Positions 40,459-52,472 of a stretch of 64,000 bases of DNA are shown here, one piece after another. The translations under genes and the position numbers were made by a program. The first letter of the stretch is position 1, and each line of letters starts with the position of its first letter. The stretch spans positions 9,300,001 to 9,364,000 of the forward strand of contig OZ024740.1 in the NCBI GenBank assembly GCA_964016885.1. Direction: 5' to 3'. The notes under the pieces were generated by a model that saw nothing but the letters and a program-made list of their open reading frames with translations, searched no databases and had not been told where the DNA came from. The stretch is from Eledone cirrhosa. Taxonomy: Eukaryota.

Positions 40459-41663
40459 TTCGACATTATCTGGTGGGCTCTTAGAAAACTAGGTGTTGAT
40501 GAATGGCTTGTGAGAGCTATACAAGCCATGTATAAAGAAACAGTTAGCAAGGTTAGAATTAACAACGAATATAGTGAAGAGTTTAGCGTAAAAGTTGGCG
40601 TCCATCAGGGCTCTGTTCTCAGCCCCCTACTATTTATTATTGCCCTTCAGGCTATAACAGAGGAGTTCAAGACAGGCTGCCCATGGGAACTCCTATACGC
40701 AGACGACCTGACACTCATAGCGGAATCAATGGCCGAGCTAGAGAAGAAATTCCAAACATGGAAGCACGGCCTAGAGTCAAAAGGACTTAAAATTAACCTG
40801 GCTAAGACCAAAGTTCTAGTTTGTAGGAAAGAAAACAAGGCGGCGGTCCCTTCTGGGAAATGGTCGTGCTCAGTGTGTAGGAAAGGCGTAGGTAGAAACT
40901 CCATTTTATGTCCTAAATGCAAAGTATGGGTGCATAAAAGATGTAGTGGGATCACAGGTAAGCTAACTAAGAACATAGATTTTACATGTGGCCGGTGTTC
41001 TGGTGCAATAAGTAGCAGCAAGTGCCCACAAAATACTAGCTCTTTCAATTGCGCAGAGGGTTCTATAGAAATAGAGGACAGCTTTCGTTACCTGGGCGAT
41101 AAAATCAGCAGTGGGGGAGGGTGCTCTGAAAGTACTGTAGCTAGAGTCAGAACTGGTTGGAAAAAGTTCAGAGAGCTTATACCACTATTAGCTGCTAAAG
41201 GGTTCTCCCTAAAAATGAAAGGCAGGTTGTACGATGCCTGCATACGAACAGCAATGTTGCATGGTAGTGAGACCTGGGCATTGTGTGCAGAGGATATACG
41301 CAGACTAGAGAGGAACGAAGCTTGCATGCTCCGCTGGATGTGTAACAGTAATATACGTGAACGGCAAAGCATAAACGAACTAAGGAAAAATTAGAGATAA
41401 GAGGGATCAGATGTTGTTTACTCGAGAGAAGGCTGCGTTGGTATGGACACGTGATGCGCATGAAAGTCGATAGCTGTATAACAAAGTGCAGGGCAATAAA
41501 GATAGACGGTAGCCACGGAATAGGCAGACCTAGAAAAACCTGGGATGAGCTGATAAACTCCGACCTCACACACTTACACCTCTCCAAGACAATGTCACTG
41601 GACCGAGACCTTTGGCGGTACTCAGTAACAGAGAAGACCCGCCTTGCCAGTAGGCATCTCTAA
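40459..41663 (+). pseudogene. Disrupted RT fragment of the LINE ORF
   Basis: Contains GVHQGSVLSPLLF, LLYADDL and the PHD-like finger. Has a 1-nt frameshift in the A-run at ~41386-41390 (A5 vs A6) and a 28-bp deletion removing the normal stop after 41645. Confidence 0.93.
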
Positions 41664-42018
41664 CAAAATACACCCCGTCCCACCACCACCACCCCCATCC
41701 CATCCACACCACCCCCGTTCTATGTAAAGTTATGTTGGTGCCGCGCCATCCAGGCCGAAACAAATGAGATCGTGTAGGTGTCACGACAAAAAAACACACA
41801 GTCCACGCTGTAATGTGGCCGTGTAGTCAACACGGTTAAAACCTCCCAGACCCACACTGTAAATGTGGTTGGTGTTAGGAAGGGCATCCAACTGTAGAAA
41901 ACCTGCCAGACAGTCCTATGCGAGCAAGACAATCACTCTTGCCTCAAGTGGGACTACCCCCGTCCAAACCCATGCAAGCGTGGAACACGGACGTTAAACG
42001 TTGATGATGATGATGATG
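40459..42018 (+). mobile_element. 5'-truncated, degenerate RTE-like LINE, copy 2 (~1.56 kb)
   Basis: Matches ~54435-56043 of the full-length copy. (TGA)6 tail from 42002. No target duplication visible. Confidence 0.97.
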
Positions 42019-45000
42019 ATATGAGTTTCTATCGGTATGTCAGTTTCGATTGGTATATCAGTTTCGAATGGTATGTCAGTTTGGATTGGTATGTCAGTTT
42101 CGATTAGTATATCAGTTTCGATTGCTATGTTAGTTCTCGATTTGTATGTCAGTTTCTATTTGTATATCAGTTTCGATTGGTATGTCAGTTTCGATTGGTA
42201 TATCAGTTTCGATTAGTATATCAGTTTCGATTAGTATGTCAATTTCTATTGGTATATCAGTTTCGATTGATATGTCAGTTTCCATTGGTATATCAGTTTG
42301 TATTGGTATGTCAGTTTCTATTAGTATGTCAGTTTCTATTGGTATATCAGTTTCGATTGGTATATCAGCTTCGATTGGTATGCCAGTATAGATTGGTATG
42401 TCAGTGTCGATGGGTATATCAGTTTCGATTGTTATGTCAGTTTCTATTGGTATATCAGTTTCGACTAGTATGTGATTTTCGATTGGTATGTAAGTCCTTG
42501 ATTTGTATGTCAGTTTATATTGGTATATCAGTTTCGATTGGTATATCAGTTTCTATTAGTATATCAGTTACTATTTGTATGTCAGTTTCTATTGGTATAT
42601 CAGTTTCGATTGGTATATCAGTTTCGATTGGTATGTCAATTTCGATTGGTATATCAGTTTCGATTGGTATATCAGTTTCGATTGGTATGTCAGTTTCGAT
42701 TGGTATGTAAGTTTCGATTGGTATATCAGTTTCGATTGTTATGTCAGTTTCTATTGGTATATCAGTTTCGACTGGTATGTTAGTCCTCGATTTGTATGTC
42801 AGTTTCTATTGGTATATCAGTTTCAATTAGTATATCAGTTACTATTTGTATGTCAGTTTCTATTGGTATATCAGTTTCGATTGGTATATCAGTTTCCATT
42901 GGTATGTCAGTTTCTATTGGTATGTCAATTTCGATTGGTATATCAGTTTCGGACGGTATGTTAGTTTCGATTGGTAAGTCAGTTTCGATTGGTATATCAG
43001 TTTCGATTGTTATGTCAGTTTCTATTGGTATGTCAGTTTCGACTGGTATGTGATTTTCGATTGGTATGTTAGTCCTCGATTTGTATGTCAGTTTCTATTG
43101 GTATATCCCTTTCGATTGGTATGTCAGTTTCGATTAGTATATCACTTACTATTTGTATGTCAGTTTATATTGGTATATCAGTTTCGATTGGTATGTCAAT
43201 TTCGATTGGTATATCAGTTTCGATTGGTATATCAGTTTCGATTGGTATGTAAGTTTCGATTGGTATATCAGTTTTGATTGTTATGTCAGTTTCTATTGGT
43301 ATATCAGTTTTGATTATTATATTAGTTACTATTTGTATTTCAGTTTCTATTGGTATATCAGTTTCGATTGGTATATCATTTTCGATTGATATTTCAGTTT
43401 CGATTGGTATATCAGTTTCGATTGGTATGTCAGTTTAATTGGTATGTCAATTTCGATTTGTATATCAGTTTCGGTTGGTATGTTAGTTTCGATTGGTAAG
43501 TCAGTTTCGATTAGTATATCAGTTTCGAATGATATGTCTGTTTCGATTGGTATGTCAGTTTCAATTGGTTTATCAGATTCGATTAGTATGTCAATTTCTA
43601 TTGGTATGTTAGTTTCGATTGGTATGTCAGTTTCTATTGGTATATAAGTTTCTGTTGGTATGTCAGTTTCTATTGGTATGTCAGTTTTTATTGGTATATC
43701 AGTTTCGATTGTTATATCAGTTTCGATTGGTATGTCAGTTTCGATTGGTATGTCAGTTTCTATTGGTATATCAGTTTTGACTGGTATGTTAGTTTCTATT
43801 GGTATGTCAGTTTCGATTAGTATATTAGTTTCTATTGGTATGTCATTTTCGATTGGTATGTTAGTCCTCGATTTGTATGTCCGTTTCTATTGGTATATCA
43901 GTTTCGATTTGAATGTCAGTTTCGATTAGTGTATCAGTTACTATTTGTATGTCAGTTTCTATTGGTATATCAGTTTCGATTGGTATATCAGTTTCGATTG
44001 GTATGTCAATTTCGATTGGTATGTAATTTTCGATTAGTATATCAGTTTCGAATGGTATGTCAGTTTTGATTGGTATATCAGTTTCGATTGGTATGTCAGT
44101 TTCGATTGGTATGTTAGTTTCGATTGGTATATCAGTTTCTATTGCTATGTCAGTTTCGATTGTTATGTCAGATTCTATTTGTATATCAGTTTCGATTGAT
44201 ATATCAGTTTCGATTAGTATGTCAGTTTTTATTGGTATGTCAGTGTCGATTAGTATATCAGTTTCTATTGGTATGTCAGTTTCGATTAGTATGTCAGTTT
44301 CTATTGGTATATCAGTTTTGATTGGTATATCAGTTTCGATTGGTATATCAGTTTTGATTGGTATGTCAGTTTCTATTATTATGTCAGTTTCAATTGGTAT
44401 ATCAGTTTCGATTGGTATGTAAGTTTTATTGGTATGTCAGTTTCGATTGGTATATCAGTTTTGGTTGGTATGTCAGTTTCGAATGGGATGTCAGTTTCTA
44501 TTGGTATATCAGTTTCGATTGGTATGTCAGTTTCTATTGGTATGTCAGTTTCGATTGGTATGTCTGTTTCGATTGGTATATCAGTTTCGAATGGTATGTC
44601 AGTCTCGATTGGTATGTCCGTTTTGATTGGTATAACAGTTTCAATTTGAATGTCTGTTTCGATTTGTATGTCAGTTTCGATTGGTATATCAGTTTTGGTT
44701 GGTATGTCAGTTTCGTTTGGTGTGTTAGTTTCTATTGGTAAGTCAGTATCGATTAGTATATCAGTTTCTATTGGTATGTTAGTTTCGATTGGTATGTTAG
44801 TTCTCGATTCGTATGTCAGTTTCTATTGGTATATCAGTTTCGATTGGTATGTCAGTTTCGATTGGTATGTCAGTTTCAATTGGTAAGTCAATTTCGATTG
44901 GTTTATCAGATTCGATTAGTATGTCAATTTCTATCGGTATATCAGTTTCCATTGGTATATCAGTTTCGATTGGTATGTCAGTTTCGATTGGTATATCAGT

Positions 45001-48000
45001 TTCGAATGGTATGTCAGTTTCGATTGGTATGTCAGTTTCGATTAGTATATCAGTTTCGATTAGTATGTCAATTTCTATTGGTATATCAGTTTCAATTGGA
45101 TTGTCAGTTTCTATTGGTATATCAGTTTGTATTAGTATGTCAGTTTCTATTAGTATGTCAGTTTCTATTGTTATATCAGTTTCGATTGTTATGTCAGTTT
45201 CTATTGGTATATCAGTTTCGACTGGTATGTGATTTTCGATTGGTATGTTAGTACTCGATTTGTATGTCAGTTTCTATTGATATATCAGTTTCGATTGGTA
45301 TATCAGTTACTATTTGTATGTCAGTTTCTATTGGTATATCAGTTTCGATTGGTATATCAGTTTCGACTGGAATGTTATTTTCGATTGGTATGTTAGTCCT
45401 CGATTTGTATGTCAGTTTCTATCGGGATATCAGTTTCAATTATTATATCAGTTACTATTTGTATGTCAGTTTCTATTGGTATATCAGTTTCGATTGGTAT
45501 ATCAGTTTCGATTGGTATGTCAGTTTCGATTGGTATATCAGTTTCGATTGGTATGTCAGTTTCGATTGGTATGTAAGTTTTGATTAGTATATCAGTTTCG
45601 AATGGTATGTCAGTTTTGATTGGTATATCAGTTTCGATTGGTATGTCAGTATCGATTGGTATGTCAGTTTCGATTGGTATATCAGTTTCGATTAGTATGT
45701 CAGTTTCTATTGGTATATCGGTTTCCATTGGTATTTCAGTTTCTATGGGTATATCAGTTTCTATTTGTATGTCAGTTTCAATTGGTAGGTCAGTTTCGAT
45801 TAGTATATCAGTTTCTATTGGTATGTCTGTTTCGATTGGTATATCAGTTTCTATTGTTATGTCAATTTCGATTGGTATGTCAGTTTAGATTGGTATATCA
45901 GTTTCGATTGGTATGTCAGTTTCTATTATTAAGTCTGTTTCGATTGGTATATCAGTTTCGGTTGGTATGTCAGTTTCGATTGGTATGTCAATTTTGATTA
46001 GTATATGAGTTTCTATTGGTATGTCAGTTTCGATTGGTATATCAGTTTTGAATGGTATGTCAGTTTGCATTGGTATGTCAGTTTGGATAGGTATATCAGT
46101 TTCGATTGATATATCAGTTTCGATTACTATGTCAGTTTCTATTGGTATGTCAGTTTCGATTAGTATATCAGTTTCGATTGCTATGTTAGTTCTCGATTTG
46201 TATGTCAGTTTCTATTTGTATATCAGTTTCGATTGGTATGTCTGTTTCGATTGTTATGTCAGTTTCGATTGGTATATCAGTTTCGAATGGTATGTCAGTT
46301 TCGATTGGTATGTCAGTTTCGATTGGTATATCAGTTTCGATTAGTATGTCAATTTCTATTGGTATATCAGTTTCGATTGGTATGTCAGATTCTATTGGTA
46401 TATCAGTTTGTATTGGTATATCAGTTTCGATTGGTATATCAGCTTCGATTGGTATGTCAGTTTCGATTGCTATGTCAGTTTCGATTGGTATATCAGTTTC
46501 GATTGTTATGTCAGTTTCTACTGGTATATCAGTTTCGACTAGTATGTGATTTTCGATTGGTATGTTAGTCCTCGATTTGTATGTCAGTTTATATTGGTAT
46601 ATCAGTTTCGATTAGTATATCAGTTACTATTTGTATGTCAGTTTATATTGGTATATCAGTTTCGATTGGTATGTCAGATTCTATTGGTATATCAGTTTCG
46701 ATTGGTATATCAGTTTCGACTGGTATGTCAATTTCGATTGGTATATCAGTTTCGATTGGTATATCAGTTTCGATTGGTATATCAGTTTCGATTGGTATGT
46801 AAGTTTCGATTGGTATATCAGTTTCGATTGTTATGTCAGTTTCTATTGGTATATCAGTTTCGACTGGTATGTTATTTTCGGTTGGTATCTTAGTCCTCGA
46901 TTTGTATGTCAGTTTCTATTGGTATATCAGTTTCAATTAGTATATCAGTTACTATTTGTATGTCAGTTTCTATTGGTATATCAGTTTCGATTGGTATATC
47001 AGTTTCGATTGGTATATCAGTTTTGATTGGTATGTCAGTTTCTATTATTATGTCAGTTTCAATTGGTATATCAGTTTCGATTGGTATGTAAGTTTTATTG
47101 GTATGTCAGTTTCGATTGGTATATCAGTTTTGGTTGGTATGTCAGTTTCGAATGGGATGTCAGTTTCTATTGGTATATCAGTTTCGATTGGTATGTCAGT
47201 TTCTATTGGTATGTCAGTTTCGATTGGTATGTCTGTTTCGATTGGTATATCAGTTTCGAATGGTATGTCAGTCTCGATTGGTATGTCCGTTTTGATTGGT
47301 ATAACAGTTTCTATTTGAATGTCTGTTTCGATTTGTATGTCAGTTTCGATTGGTATATCAGTTTTGGTTGGTATGTCAGTTTCATTTGGTGTGTTAGTTT
47401 CTATTGGTAAGTCAGTATCGATTAGTATATCAGTTTCTATTGGTATGTTAGTTTCGATTGGTATGTTAGTTCTCGATTCGTATGTCAGTTTCTATTGGTA
47501 TATCAGTTTCGATTGGTATGTCAGTTTCGATTGGTATGTCAGTTTCAATTGGCAAGTCAATTTCGATTGGTTTATCAGATTCGATTAGTATGTCAATTTC
47601 TATCGGTATATCAGTTTCCATTGGTATATCAGTTTCGATTGGTATGTCAGTTTCGATTGGTATATCAGTTTCGAATGGTATGTCAGTTTCGATTGGTATG
47701 TCAGTTTCGATTAGTATATCAGTTTCGATTAGTATGTCAATTTCTATTGGTATATCAGTTTCAATTGGATTGTCAGTTTCTATTGGTATATCAGTTTGTA
47801 TTAGTATGTCAGTTTCTATTAGTATGTCAGTTTCTATTGTTATATCAGTTTCGATTGTTATGTCAGTTTCTATTGGTATATCAGTTTCGACTGGTATGTG
47901 ATTTTCGATTGGTATGTTAGTACTCGATTTGTATGTCAGTTTCTATTGATATATCAGTTTCGATTGGTATATCAGTTACTATTTGTATGTCAGTTTCTTT

Positions 48001-51000
48001 TGGTATATCAGTTTCGATTGGTATATCAGTTTCGACTGGAATGTTATTTTCGATTGGTATGTTAGTCCTCGATTTGTATGTCAGTTTCTATCGGGATATC
48101 AGTTTCAATTATTATATCAGTTACTATTTGTATGTCAGTTTCTATTGGTATATCAGTTTCGATTGGTATATCAGTTTCGATTGGTATGTCAGTTTCGATT
48201 GGTATATCAGTTTCGATTGGTATGTCAGTTTCGATTGGTATGTAAGTTTTGATTAGTATATCAGTTTCGAATGGTATGTCAGTTTTGATTGGTATATCAG
48301 TTTCGATTGGTATGTCAGTATCGATTGGTATGTCAGTTTCGATTGGTATATCAGTTTCGATTAGTATGTCAGTTTCTATTGGTATATCGGTTTCCATTGG
48401 TATTTCAGTTTCTATGGGTATATCAGTTTCTATTTGTATGTCAGTTTCAATTGGTATGTCAGTTTCGATTAGTATATCAGTTTCTATTGGTATGTCTGTT
48501 TCGATTGGTATATCAGTTTCTATTGTTATGTCAATTTCGATTGGTATGTCAGTTTAGATTGGTATATCAGTTTCGATTGGTATGTCAGTTTCTATTATTA
48601 AGTCTGTTTCGATTGGTATATCAGTTTCGGTTGGTATGTCAGTTTCGATTGGTATGTCAATTTTGATTAGTATATGAGTTTCTATTGGTATGTCAGTTTC
48701 GATTGGAATATCAGTTTTGAATGGTATGTCAGTTTGCATTGGTATGTCAGTTTGGATAGGTATATCAGTTTCGATTGATATATCAGTTTCGATTACTATG
48801 TCAGTTTCTATTGGTATGTCAGTTTCGATTAGTATATCAGTTTCGATTGCTATGTTAGTTCTCGATTTGTATGTCAGTTTCTATTTGTATATCAGTTTCG
48901 ATTGGTATGTCTGTTTCGATTGTTATGTCAGTTTCGATTGGTATATCAGTTTCGAATGGTATGTCAGTTTCGATTGGTATGTCAGTTTCGATTGGTATAT
49001 CAGTTTCGATTAGTATGTCAATTTCTATTGGTATATCAGTTTCGATTGGTATGTCAGATTCTATTGGTATATCAGTTTGTATTGGTATATCAGTTTCGAT
49101 TGGTATATCAGCTTCGATTGGTATGTCAGTTTCGATTGGTATGTCAGTTTCGATTGGTATATCAGTTTCGATTGTTATGTCAGTTTCTACTGGTATATCA
49201 GTTTCGACTAGTATGTGATTTTCGATTGGTATGTTAGTCCTCGATTTGTATGTCAGTTTATATTGGTATATCAGTTTCGATTTGTATATCAGTTTCGATT
49301 AGTATATCAGTTACTATTTGTATGTCAGTTTATATTGGTATATCAGTTTCGATTGGTATGTCAGATTCTATTGGTATATCAGTTTCGATTGGTATATCAG
49401 TTTCGACTGGTATGTCAATTTCGATTGGTATATCAGTTTCGATTGGTATATCAGTTTCGATTGGTATATCAGTTTCGATTGGTATGTAAGTTTCGATTGG
49501 TATATCAGTTTCGATTGTTATGTCAGTTTCTATTGGTATATCAGTTTCGACTGGTATGTTATTTTCGGTTGGTATCTTAGTCCTCGATTTGTATGTCAGT
49601 TTCTATTGGTATATCAGTTTCAATTAGTATATCAGTTACTATTTGTATGTCAGTTTCTATTGGTATATCAGTTTCGATTGGTATATCAGTTTCCATTGGT
49701 ATATCAGTTTCTATTGGTATATCACTATCGATTGGTATGTCAGTTTCTATTGGTATGTCAGTGTCAATTGGTATATCAGTTTTAATTGGTATGTCAGTTT
49801 TATTGGTATGTCAATTTCGATTGGTATATCAGTTTCGGTTGGTATGTTAGTTTCGATTGGTAAGTCAGTTTCGATTGGTATATCAGTTTCAAATGATATG
49901 TCAGTTTCTATTGGTATATCAGTTTCTGTTGGTATGTCAGTTTCTATTGGTATGTCAATTTTTATTGGTATATCAGTTTCGATTGTTATATCAGTTTCGA
50001 TTGGTATGTCAGTTTCATAGGTATGTCAGTCTCGATAGGTATATCAGTTTCGATTGTTATGTCAGTTTCTATTGGTATATCAGTTTTGACTGGTATGTTA
50101 GTTTCTACTGGTATGTCAGTTTCGATTAGTATATTAGTTTCTATTGGTATGTCACTTTCGATTGGTATGTTAGTCCTCGATTGGTATGTCCGTTTCTATT
50201 GGTATATCAGTTTCGATTGGTATGTCAGTTTCGATTAGTGTATCAGTTACTATTTGTATGTCAGTTTCTATTGGTATATCAGTTTCGATTGGTATATCAG
50301 TTTCGAATGGTATGTCAGTTTGTATTGGTATGTCAGTTGGGATAGGTATATCAGTTTCGATTGATATATCAGTTTCGATTACTATGTCAGTTTCTATTGG
50401 TATGTCAGTTTCGATTAGTATATCAGTTTCGATTGCTATGTTAGTTCTCGATTTGTATGTCAGTTTCCATTTGTATATCAGTTTCGATTGGTATGTCTGT
50501 TTCGATTGTTATGTCAGTTTCTATTGGAATATCAGTTTCGATTGTTATGTCAGTTTCGATTATTATATCAGTTTATATTGGTATGTCAGTTTTTATTGGT
50601 ATATCGGTTTCCATTGGTATATCAGTTTCCATTGGTATGTCAGTTTCTATTGGTATATCAGTATCGATTGGTATGTCAGTTTCTATTGGTATGTCAGTGA
50701 CAATTGGTATATCAGTTTTAATTGGTATTTCAGTTTTATTGGTATGTCAATTTCGATTGGTATGTCAGTTTCGATTGGTATATCAGTTTCGAATGGTATG
50801 TCAGTTTCGATTGGTATGTCAGTTTCGATTGGTATATTAGTTTCGATTAGTATGTCAATTTCTATTGGGATATCAGTTTCGATTGGTATGTCAGTTTCTA
50901 TTGGTATATCAGTTTGTATTGGTATGTCAGTTTCTATTAGTATGTCAGTTTCTATTGGTATATCAGTTTCAATTGGTATATCAGCTTCGATTGGTATGTC

Positions 51001-51721
51001 AGTTTCGATTGGTATGTCAGTTTCAATTGGTATATCAGTTTCGAATGTTATGTCAGTTTCTATTGGTACATCAGTTTCGACTGGTATGTGATTTTTCGAT
51101 TGGTATGTTAGTCCTCGATTTGTATGTCAGTTTCTATTGGTATATCAGTTTCGATTGGTATATCAGTTTCGATTGGTATGTCAATTTCGATTGGTATATC
51201 AGTTTCGATCGGTATATCAGTTTCGATTGGTATGTCAGTTTCGATTGGTATATCAGTTTCGAATGGTATGTCAGTTTCGATAGGTATGTAATTTTTGATT
51301 AGTATATCAGTTTTGAATGGTTTGTCAGTTTTATTGGTATGTCAATTTCGATTGGTATATCAGTTTCGGTTGGTATGTTAGTTTCGATTGGTATATCAGT
51401 TTCTGTTGGTATGTCAGTTTCGATTAGTATATCAGTTTCTGTTGGTATGTCTGTTTCTATTGGTATGTCAGTTTCGATTAGTGTATTAGTTTCTATTGGT
51501 ATCTCATTTTCGATTGGTATGTTAGTCCTCGATTTGTATGTCTGTTTCTATTGGTATATCAGTTTAGATTGGTATGTCAGTTTCGATTAGCGTATCAGTT
51601 TCTAATGGTATGTCAGTTTTGATTGGTATATCAGTTTCGATTGGTATGTCAGTTTCGATTGGTATGTCAGTTTCGACTGGTATATCAATTTCTATTGCTA
51701 TGTCAGTTTCGATTGGTATAT
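42019..51721. repeat. 18-bp satellite array, segment 4 (domain B variants)
   Basis: Same consensus but a different variant set: GTGATTTTCG, GTTACTATTTG, TTAGTTCTCG, frequent CGAATGG. Confidence 0.99.
44340..49680. repeat. Near-perfect 2669-bp tandem duplication (higher-order unit of 148 monomers)
   Basis: Constant 2669 offset between matching rare variants and ORFs (44358/47027, 44813/47482, 45264/47933, 46021/48690, 46546/49215). Outer boundaries are approximate. Confidence 0.9.
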
Positions 51722-51880
51722 TTTCAAACCTTAATTCCAAACGTATTTTCAAACCCCAATCCCTAATTCTAGCGTATCTTCAAAACAAAAAAAACAAAAT
51801 CCTTTCCTTCTTCCTTCTTCGAAGGCACGGGGCGGTCAAACGCCTAACACTCACAGCCATCATGTGGCCCCCTCCCCTCG

Positions 51881-52021
51881 CTCTCTCTCACTCTCTCTCT
51901 CTCCCTATAAATATATGATAGGAATTCACTTCGCCAAATTTCATTTCATTGCTTGCTGTCCACACGATATTCATGTAAACGTAATGTACAGACTTCATCT
52001 CTCTCTCTCTCTCTCTCCTCT
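51881..52021. repeat. Two (CT)n microsatellite tracts in the LINE 5' region
   Basis: CT runs at ~51881-51903 and ~51999-52021. Confidence 0.85.
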
Positions 52022-52271
52022 CCCTCCACAAATCTTAATTCTAGCGTATTTTCAAAACAATCCATATTTCGTATCAAGTCCAAATAGCCAATCTATCGCT
52101 AAAACAAACTACATTTCCTGTTTCTATTAATTGCTAAATACGTAGGTTTTTGGACGTATTTAACAGAACAAATTTTGTATTTTTGTTAATCGCTTGTTAA
52201 ATGCATGGACCCCACTCAATCATTACCTTCTTGCTAGCTACCCAACACCCCTCCCTCCCACCCCCACTCAC

Positions 52272-52404
52272 CACCATTGCTATTACGTGGACCAATCATA
52301 AAACAGAGCCCCCACGCATCACCAGTATTATTACGCGGACCAATCAGAAACCAGAGGCCTATACTATCGCTTGCCTGGTTGCCTTTCGATATACGATATA
52401 TAAT
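52272..52404 (+). promoter_or_regulatory. Putative promoter elements in the LINE 5' region: duplicated CCAAT module (48-bp period) and downstream TATA-like sequence
   Basis: TATTACGTGGACCAATCATAAAACAGAG (52281) and TATTACGCGGACCAATCAGAAACCAGAG (52329). TATATAAT at ~52397. Function is inferred from motifs only. Confidence 0.4.
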
Positions 52405-52472
52405 GGATGGATGGACTGCGGAATCCTGGAGAGTGAAGGAGAGAGAGAGAAAAATCTGGACGCTCAGCGACA

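Noticed and set aside
39994-41394. Satellite-RT fusion protein (466 aa), and the similar 429-aa ORF at 6209-7498
   Set aside because: All three + frames of the satellite are usually open, so in-frame fusion is expected by chance. Copy 2 is also frameshifted and there is no expression evidence.
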